DNA of 32,000 nucleotides, from NCBI GenBank assembly GCA_041659445.1, contig JBAZYG010000001.1, positions 180,001 to 212,000 of the forward strand, given 5' to 3'. The notes beneath the pieces are model-generated. The model was not told the DNA's origin, made no database searches, and saw only the letters and a list, made by a program, of their open reading frames with translations. This document shows positions 9,167 to 16,000 of this stretch, piece by piece. The number at the start of each line of letters is the position of its first letter. The first letter of the stretch is position 1. Made by a program: the position numbers and the translations under genes. The DNA comes from Candidatus Saccharimonadota bacterium (GTDB taxonomy: Archaea > Nanobdellota > Nanobdellia > Pacearchaeales > GW2011-AR1).

Positions 9167-9997
9167 TTAAATTTTAATATTTCCTTTTTGCCAATCTTTT
9201 AAAATTAATCTGGCTGTTTTGTCTTCGTCGACAAATCCACCTTTTTTTAAAAATCCTCTGGATTTTCCAAGTTTTTCAATTAAATATTCTGAATTTCCAT
9301 TTGCATTTATTTTGTAATATTTTTCTAAAATTTCTGGATATTTCTCCATAATGCTTTGAACCACAAGTTCAGGATCTTTTACTTGAGTATAAGAACGACC
9401 TCCAGCAATTGTTTGTTCTGAAATTTTGTCTTTTTGTTCTTGAGAATATTTTTCTTTTGGAATTACTCCTGGACTGTCAATTAAAACAATATTTTCAGTT
9501 AATTTTATTTTTTGAATTCCTTTTGTGAATCCTGCTTCAGAACCAACTCCTGCAGAACTTTTTCCAATTAAAATATTTAAAAGAGAACTTTTTCCAGTAT
9601 TTGGATAACCAATAACTCCGACGAAAACTTTTTTATTTTCTTCTAAAGGAATTTTTTTTGAAAGTTTTTTAATCAAATCTCTTAAATTTTTAATTCCTTT
9701 TCTATCTTTACAAGATACTAAAATTTTTGGGGTTAAATTTTTGTAACCATAAGTTTTTTTATTTATTACTAAATCAGATTTATTTAAGACATAAACTAAA
9801 ATTTTTTTTCTCTTTTTTATTTCTTCTTCAATTTCCAAATTCCTTGTTTCTTCAGGAAATCTTGCATCAAGTATTTCTAAGATTATGTCTGAACTTTCTA
9901 TTATTTTTTCGTGCAATTCAGAATATTTTGATTTTTGCTTTTTTATTTTATCTATATGCCTATTTCTTCTAGAAGAAAAACTATATCTTGGTCTCAT
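9167..9997 (-). CDS. Circularly permuted GTPase (YlqF/RbgA / MMR1-HSR1 family, ribosome-biogenesis type)
   Basis: The G-motifs are in permuted order: G4 LNKSDL comes before G1 GYPNTGKSSLLN and G3 DSPGV. The N-terminus is basic. Confidence 0.88.
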   Translation of the reverse strand: MRPRYSFSSRRNRHIDKIKKQKSKYSELHEKIIESSDIILEILDARFPEETRNLEIEEEIKKRKKILVYVLNKSDLVINKKTYGYKNLTPKILVSCKDRKGIKNLRDLIKKLSKKIPLEENKKVFVGVIGYPNTGKSSLLNILIGKSSAGVGSEAGFTKGIQKIKLTENIVLIDSPGVIPKEKYSQEQKDKISEQTIAGGRSYTQVKDPELVVQSIMEKYPEILEKYYKINANGNSEYLIEKLGKSRGFLKKGGFVDEDKTARLILKDWQKGNIKI

Positions 9998-10086
9998 TCT
10001 TTTATTACGTTTAATGGGTTTTTAGAATTTTTGTAATAAGAAGCTTTAAGAATTTCAAGAAATTTATTTAACATATAAACTTAATC

Positions 10087-10794
10087 ATGTTAAGCATAAT
10101 TATTCCTACAAAAAATGAAGGAAAGTATTTGGGTCTTTTACTAAAATCAATTAAAAATCAAAGTTTTAAAAATTTTGAAATTATTGTTGCAGATGCAAAT
10201 TCAAAGGATAATACTAAAGAAATAGCTAAAAAGTATGGTTGCAAGATTGTAAAAGGTGGTATGCCTTGGACAGGAAGAAATAACGGTGCAAAAATTGCTG
10301 AAGGAGACTTCTTTGTTTTTATAGATGCAGATGTTGTTTTACCTGAAAAAAATTTTGTTGAAAATTGTTTGAAAGAAATTTCTGAAAGAAATTTGGATGT
10401 TGCTGGAGTTTTATTAAAACCAAGGATAGATAAAAAAAAGCATCTTTTGTTTTTTTACAAATTAATATATTCTTTTTTGAATTTTTTGATGAAGATTTCT
10501 CAAAACTCTAAATCTCCTTTAATGCAAAATTGTATGTTTTCTAAAAAAAATATTTATACTAAAATTAATGGTTTTGATGAAACTCTTGTATATGCAGAAG
10601 ATTCGGATTATGCTAGACGAGCAGTTAATAAAATTCATGCTAAGTTTGGAATAATAAATAAAAAGATTTATGTTTCAACAAGAAGACTTGAAGAAAAAGG
10701 ATTTAAACTTATTTTTAAAGTAATTTATATGGCAATTTTGAGAAATTTTAAGGAATTAAGAAAAAAAAATTCTAAAATTAGATATTTTGATTAA
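10087..10794 (+). CDS. Family 2 glycosyltransferase
   Basis: LSIIIPTKNEG start, ADANSKDNT, and DxD as FIDADV, in a typical GT2 (GT-A) N-terminal domain. Confidence 0.88.
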   Translation: MLSIIIPTKNEGKYLGLLLKSIKNQSFKNFEIIVADANSKDNTKEIAKKYGCKIVKGGMPWTGRNNGAKIAEGDFFVFIDADVVLPEKNFVENCLKEISERNLDVAGVLLKPRIDKKKHLLFFYKLIYSFLNFLMKISQNSKSPLMQNCMFSKKNIYTKINGFDETLVYAEDSDYARRAVNKIHAKFGIINKKIYVSTRRLEEKGFKLIFKVIYMAILRNFKELRKKNSKIRYFD

Positions 10795-11243
10795 AGCTCT
10801 TTTTTTGTCATTTTTGACAAAATATATCTATATAAATTAATTGAAATTAAGAAAAATAAAAAAGATAGCAATTGCGATAATGCAATTGAGTATACTTCTT
10901 TGTAATTTTCTAATAAGAGATGTTTTGAGATTGTAAAAAGTGAAGGATAATAAATCAAACAAGTTAATAGAAATGCTGCCGGCGTAAAGTATAATATATC
11001 TTGTCCGAATTTTTTTCTTGAAAATTCTTTTCTGGTAAATTTATCATATATTCTTGTGCATGTCCAAAAAAGAGAAGCCCCTATAATTGAACCTAATACA
11101 ATTAAACCTGAAATCCAATTTACTGAAATATTTGTTTTTGAAAAAACATATCCAAATATTTGGGCTCCAAAAATTGCTCCGATTTCTCCGAAAATTATTT
11201 CTTTATTAAAATTAAAAAAGGATTTTGAAATTTTCATGTTCAA
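10791..11243 (-). CDS. Integral membrane protein (about 4 TM segments)
   Basis: Four hydrophobic stretches, for example IIFGEIGAIFGAQIFGYVF and WISGLIVLGSIIGASLFW. Its stop overlaps the GT2 stop region and its start overlaps the upstream minus-strand ORF by 4 nt. Confidence 0.65.
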   Translation of the reverse strand: MNMKISKSFFNFNKEIIFGEIGAIFGAQIFGYVFSKTNISVNWISGLIVLGSIIGASLFWTCTRIYDKFTRKEFSRKKFGQDILYFTPAAFLLTCLIYYPSLFTISKHLLLENYKEVYSIALSQLLSFLFFLISINLYRYILSKMTKKEL

Positions 11244-11485
11244 TCTTTTTTAAGAATTCCTTTTATCTTTATTGGAACATATTTTTTTATTTTTAATTCA
11301 GATTCAGGAATTTCCTTAGAATAAAAAATTTGTTTTAAATTAAAAACAAGTTTATTTTCGTCTTCTGTCGCGATTTTAAATAATTCTCCTTTTATCCACA
11401 TTATCTTTCCTTTGTAGTCCAATTCTCTACCATAATGTTTTATCTTAAGAAGATAACATTTTTTTTCTTCAATTTTTTTAACCAT
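11240..11485 (-). CDS. Hypothetical small protein (81 aa)
   Basis: ORF translationally coupled to the membrane-protein gene by a 4-nt overlap, with a TATA-like motif about 26 nt upstream of the ATG. No motif. Confidence 0.5.
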   Translation of the reverse strand: MVKKIEEKKCYLLKIKHYGRELDYKGKIMWIKGELFKIATEDENKLVFNLKQIFYSKEIPESELKIKKYVPIKIKGILKKD

Positions 11486-11507
11486 ATTATTTTTGATGTT
11501 TTGTTGT

Positions 11508-12005
11508 TTAAATATTTTGGGAATGGTTTTTTAATTTTTTTGAGAGTATGTAATAAAAATCTTGATATTGTGTTCTTATTTTCATAGTTCTTCTTAACAT
11601 GTAGTCTGTTCCGAAATAAGGGTAATTATCTAAAATATCAAATATAATCCACATTGGCCAGCATTTAACCATAATTTTGTATATATCTTCTTTAGTTTTA
11701 GCACTTTTAGATTCTTCAATTAATTCAAAATACTTTTCACACATTTTATTAAATAATTTTTCGGTTAATTTTTCTTTTAATGCCTTGTCTAATTCTTCAC
11801 ATTCTTTAAGATTATTATAAGATGTAACACTACCGTTATTAAATATAAATTTGGTTTTATACATTCCAACCCCCAACCATTTTTTTAACTCATCTCCTGA
11901 ACCTTGTTTCCAGATTTGAACATCTAACTTAGTAAATCCGATTTTTGTGCAATCATAACCATATTCCTCATTATTTTTTATATCTTGTTTTTCTTCATTT
12001 TCCAT
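11508..12005 (-). CDS. Hypothetical protein (165 aa)
   Basis: Clean ORF with Trp/Tyr/Cys-containing, balanced composition. No recognisable motif. Confidence 0.6.
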   Translation of the reverse strand: MENEEKQDIKNNEEYGYDCTKIGFTKLDVQIWKQGSGDELKKWLGVGMYKTKFIFNNGSVTSYNNLKECEELDKALKEKLTEKLFNKMCEKYFELIEESKSAKTKEDIYKIMVKCWPMWIIFDILDNYPYFGTDYMLRRTMKIRTQYQDFYYILSKKLKNHSQNI

Positions 12006-12067
12006 TTTACTTATATTTTTTTAAATGTATTATTTTTAATATTTTATTGTTTAAATATTTTGAGAAA

Positions 12068-12445
12068 TTACCATAGCTTTTTATGACAAGTTTTACATCT
12101 GACGTCGATTTGTTTTCCAAATAAACCCGATATTTCTGGGAATTTTTTGCATATTTTTGGTTTTATTTTTTCTAATGAACATTCTGTTATGTTGCCTTTA
12201 AATTTTAAAAATTGGCAATATTTATTTTTTCTTTTAATATATCCATGCTTTGTAATAAAATCCGAATATCCTGCTTTTTTTATTTTTTTAATTTCTTCTT
12301 TTGATAATTTTACTTTTAATCCACAGCACAATCCGCATCTTAAGCACTTGAATTTTTTTCTTGCAAGGACATACGGACGAATAAATAAAACATAAAGATA
12401 AAAAAGAATCATTAAGAATAAAATTATATTTATTAATACATTCAT
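12068..12445 (-). CDS. YkgJ-family (CxxCxxCC) zinc/iron-chelating cysteine-cluster protein with N-terminal TM helix
   Basis: CLRCGLCCG matches the YkgJ/UPF0153 CxxCxxCC signature. Further Cys residues occur downstream (YCQF, ECS, ICKKFP, RCKTCH). The N-terminal helix is hydrophobic. Confidence 0.75.
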   Translation of the reverse strand: MNVLINIILFLMILFYLYVLFIRPYVLARKKFKCLRCGLCCGLKVKLSKEEIKKIKKAGYSDFITKHGYIKRKNKYCQFLKFKGNITECSLEKIKPKICKKFPEISGLFGKQIDVRCKTCHKKLW

Positions 12446-12482
12446 CTTATTTATTAGAATTCTTTTATTATAAATTTAACCA

Positions 12483-12555
12483 TGCCCCGTCCGGGATTCG
12501 GACCCGGGTTCCAGCCTTGAAAGGGCTGTGTCCTTGGCCTCTAGACTAACGGGGC
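12483..12555 (-). tRNA. tRNA-Glu (anticodon UUC), 73 nt, no encoded CCA
   Basis: The reverse complement folds as a cloverleaf. Acceptor GCCCCGT/ACGGGGC plus discriminator A. D stem GTCT/GGAC. Anticodon stem CAGCC/GGCTG with loop CTTTCAA. T stem CCGGG/CCCGG with loop TCCGAAT. Confidence 0.9.
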
Positions 12556-12622
12556 GTAAAATTAATTGTTTGAGTTAGTTTAAAAAAGTAACTATGCTTG
12601 TTATTTTTCCCTAATAATAACT

Positions 12623-12630
12623 TTTAAATA
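12623..12630 (+). promoter_or_regulatory. Consensus-like archaeal TATA box (tttaaata)
   Basis: Matches the TTTAWATA consensus. Its centre lies about 32 nt upstream of 12659 (5' end of the tRNA fragment) and about 94 nt upstream of the complete tRNA-Ile. Confidence 0.45.
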
Positions 12631-12658
12631 TGTAAATTTGTTTGGAAAAATGTTAAAT

Positions 12659-12682
12659 GAGCCTGTAGCTCAGCCTGGTTAG
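12659..12682 (+). repeat. Orphan tRNA-Ile 5' fragment (24-nt perfect direct repeat of 12721-12744)
   Basis: gagcctgtagctcagcctggttag is identical to the acceptor 5' strand plus D-arm of the downstream tRNA. The sequence diverges afterwards, with no anticodon arm, T arm or 3' acceptor strand. Confidence 0.9.
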
Positions 12683-12720
12683 GTTGAATTAAATTTGTCA
12701 TTAACCATTCTGAGTTGAAC

Positions 12721-12843
12721 GAGCCTGTAGCTCAGCCTGGTTAGAGCACCGCTCTTATATGAATGTTGCTTTCAAAAAGCAATATCCTTTCTGGATTAGT
12801 CTAAGAAAGGCGGGGGTCCTCGGTTCAAATCCGAGCAGGCTCA
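12721..12843 (+). tRNA. tRNA-Ile (anticodon UAU) with a 48-nt intron at the canonical 37/38 position
   Basis: Acceptor GAGCCTG/CAGGCTC plus A73. D arm GCTC-AGCCTGGTTA-GAGC. Anticodon stem CCGCT/GGCGG. After splicing the loop is CT-TAT-AA. Variable loop GGGTC. T arm CTCGG-TTCAAAT-CCGAG. The exon junctions lie in 3-nt bulges (TAT and AAA) separated by a 4-bp helix CTTA/TAAG, which is a BHB motif. Confidence 0.88.
12760..12807 (+). other. tRNA-Ile intron (bulge-helix-bulge type)
   Basis: Removing 12760-12807 restores a 7-nt anticodon loop. The intron contains a 7-bp hairpin, ttgcttt/aaagcaa (12766-12782). A second pairing, cctttct/agaaagg (12786-12792 with 12804-12810), spans the 3' splice site. 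Confidence 0.75.
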
Positions 12844-12859
12844 TTTTATTTTTTATTTT
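12844..12859 (+). terminator. Oligo-T tract immediately downstream of tRNA-Ile
   Basis: ttttattttttatttt starts right after the discriminator base. Archaeal terminators are typically T-runs. Confidence 0.4.
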
Positions 12860-13021
12860 AATAACTTTTTGTTAATTTTTTTCTTAAAAACTGTAAGTAA
12901 AATTTATTTTAATTAATAATTAATTTCTTTTTAAAATAGTTTATATTAATTTAATTTTTATCGACGATAAATTAAGTGTAGGTAAAAGCAATATTTATAT
13001 AGTATAATTGTGTAGGATAAC

Positions 13022-13029
13022 TATAAAAA
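13022..13029 (+). promoter_or_regulatory. TATA-like box (tataaaaa) about 30 nt upstream of the first island gene
   Basis: It is centred about 30 nt before ATG 13056. A second candidate, tttatata, lies at 12994-13001. Two GTGTAGG direct repeats (12976-12982 and 13010-13016) flank that upstream candidate. Confidence 0.35.
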
Positions 13030-13055
13030 ATAATTAAGATTATTGATAAAAAAAG

Positions 13056-16000
13056 ATGGTGAAAAAGTTTAAAATCTATTTGTTAATTTGTATAATATTA
13101 TTTGTGATTTTAATTGATTTTTTATCTGCAGAATCAATTTCTGATACTCTTCATTTAAACATTCAAACAACTTATTCAAATGGGACAATTCAACCTGGAA
13201 CTTTTACTTTTGTTTTTAATATAACTACAGATTCTGCATGTTCAAATGTTGTTTATTCAAATTCTTCAACCTTGACTACTGATTCAAGAGGAATTATTTC
13301 TTATTATCTTGAAAATGTAAATTTGAATTTTACAAATCAGTATTACTTATGTTATTACAGAGACGGTGTTTTGATTAATAATTCTAAAATTGCAAGAAGC
13401 CCATATTCTTTTACAACAAAAAACGCAACAGTTAGTGGATTAATTAAAGATGCTAATTTAAACATGACTGGATATAATATTAGTGCAGATTATTTTTCAG
13501 GGACAGGAGCAAATTTAACAGAAAATTTAACTATTGGGAAAAAAATCATTTTTGGATTTGGTGAAACAATTGATAATTTAGTCAGTGGTTGGATTAAAAT
13601 AACTGGAAGTGCTAATGTTACAGGAAGTTTAATTGTCAACGGAAATATTAATTCTACTACTGGAGATATTTGTATAACAGGAGGAAATTGTTTGAGTACA
13701 GTTGCTTCAGGAACAGAACCTTTATGGACAGCAAACTTTACTGCTTATAACACGTCGTGGAGTTCAACTTATAATTCAAGTTATGTTCCTTATACTGGCT
13801 CAACTGCGAATGTTAGTTTAGGAGCTTATAATTTCAGCGTCGGAGGAACTGATTTTTTTGTTAATTCAAATAAAGATTCAATTTCATCTGGAGGTTCAAC
13901 AGCTTCGGGATTATATTCTGTTGCTTTAGGTGAATCAAATATTGCTTCAGGAGATGATTCAGTATCTTTAGGTTATAGTAATACTGCTTCAGATACTGGT
14001 GCTGTTGCCATTGGTTATCAATCAACTTCTTCTGCACCTTATTCAACAGCCTTAGGATATATGACAACTGCTTCTGGACAAAAATCAACTGCTTTTGGTG
14101 CATCAACAATAGCGTCATCAGATTATGCAATTGCAATGGGTTATTCAACTATTGCATCAGGAACATATTCTACAGCAATTGGTAGAGGAATAAATGTTTC
14201 TGGTTCAAATTCTGTTGGTATTGGATTAAATGATCAATCAGGAACTGTTCTTAGTCAAGCAAATACAATGTCAATTATGGGTGGAACAGTTGGAATAAAT
14301 ACAACAGCTCCTAAAAATACTTTAAATGTCATCGGAACAGGAAATATAACTGGAAATGTAACTTCACAAACTGATTTTTGTATTGAAGGTGGAAATTGTT
14401 TAAGTAGTGCTGTTGGAAGTTTAGGAAATATTTCAGGAGGTGGAGTAGAAAATTATATTCCTAAATGGATTGGATCAGCAAGTTTAGGGAATTCACTTGT
14501 TTATGATAATGGAACTTATGTTGGTATTGGAACAGCAACTCCAACATATCTTCTCGACGTGAATGGAAGTGGAAATATTGTGAATGATTTTAGAGTTGGA
14601 AATGATTTATTTGTTACAGGTTGGGTAAATTCAAGTGAAGATGTTTGCATTGTTGGAGGAAATTGTTTGAGTACAGTTGCTTCAGGAACAGAACCATTAT
14701 GGACTGCTAACTTTACTGCTTATAATTCTTCTTGGTCATTTACTTATAATGCAACTTATGACTCTTATAATTCAACTGGATTAATTAAAGATTGGAATTC
14801 TTCGGGTTTAATAATAAATTGGAGTACTGAATCTGGAATTGAATCTGATCCTTTATGGACTGCTAACTTTACTGCTTATAACTCGTCGTGGTCTTCAACT
14901 TATAATTCAAGTTATAATACTGCTTATAATTATACAATAAATGGGACATTTATGAGGAAAGATGGAGACAATGGTACTGGAGTTTATAATTTTGGAGGAG
15001 CTTGGAACGACGGAGGATTAACAATTTCTAATGGAAATTTGTATGCTCAAACTGTTTATGTTTATAATATAACTTCTTTGCAAGTTTCAAATTTAAACAT
15101 TAATGGTTCTTTAATTCCGCAAATTGGTTTTGATAATACTTTTGATGTTGGAAGTTCTTCATTAAGATGGAGAGATTTATACGTCGGTAGAAATATTTTT
15201 TCAAATGGAAGTATTAATGTTGATTCAGGAGGAGATATTTGTATTGTTGGGGGAAATTGTTTGTCAACATCTGGAACAGGTTCTGGAACAATTACAGGAG
15301 CTGGAACAGCGACGTATGTTCCCTTATGGAACGGAACTTCTTCGTTGAATAACTCAGTGATTTATCAAAATGGAAGTAAAATTGGAATTAATACCACTAT
15401 TCCGACAGCGACATTAGATGTTAATGGAAATATTCATGCTTCAGATATTTTTGCAACAGATGTTATTTCTGGAAGCACTGTTGGTTTTGTTTCAGTTGGT
15501 TTAGGTGGTTCTATTGGTGCACATAAAACTAATTATGATGCTAAAATTACCTTTCCTGAAACAGATGATATTTCTATTTATACAGGACTTTCTGGAGAAT
15601 TATTAAGAATTTCTGGGGATGATGGTGCTGTTGGAATTGGCGAATCAATTCCAGTGTATAAATTAGAGATTAAGGGAGTTCCTATGCCCTTGGAAACACC
15701 GTCGGGTAATGGTTATTTTGGAATAACTAATATTTCAGATGGAGATATTTTAGAAATTGATTATTCTGGGAATGTTGGTATAAATACTTCAACTCCACAA
15801 AATAAATTAAATGTCGTCGGAGATGGAAATTTTACAGGAAATTTATATTCTAATGGAGCACAAGTTTTAACATCTTATACTGAAACAGAACCATTATGGA
15901 CAGCAAACTTTACTGCTTATAACACGTCGTGGAGTTCAACTTACAATTCAACATATGCAAATTGGAATAAAACTTATGCTGATACTTTATATTCATCAAT

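Noticed and set aside
8366-9972. + strand ORFs 8366-8821, 8961-9146 and 9727-9972
   Set aside because: They are antisense to the patatin-like and GTPase genes, which carry unambiguous catalytic motifs. Their products are hydrophobic and low-complexity.
7165-9997. CBASS-like or other cyclic-nucleotide defence system built around the patatin-like phospholipase
   Set aside because: There is no CD-NTase/cyclase, SAVED, TIR, STING or E1/E2/JAB-like gene nearby. The neighbours are a ribosome-biogenesis-type GTPase and housekeeping-type hydrolases, so the evidence is too thin for a defence call.
12483-12843. Integrated mobile element at the tRNA genes, with the direct repeat of the tRNA 5' end acting as att sites
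   Set aside because: Only 38 bp lie between the repeats, and no integrase or transposase is present anywhere in the window. The adjacent island encodes only surface proteins on one strand, with no phage or plasmid hallmark genes. A recombination scar cannot be excluded; see the finding at 12621-12744.
13861-14148. Antisense ORFs inside the giant surface genes (13861-14148, 16801-17079, 20834-21079, 21265-21501, all on the minus strand)
   Set aside because: They lie fully within much longer, motif-rich + strand ORFs. Their products are L/K/Q/N-rich and repetitive, mirroring the sense-strand repeats, which is typical of antisense artefacts in AT-rich DNA.
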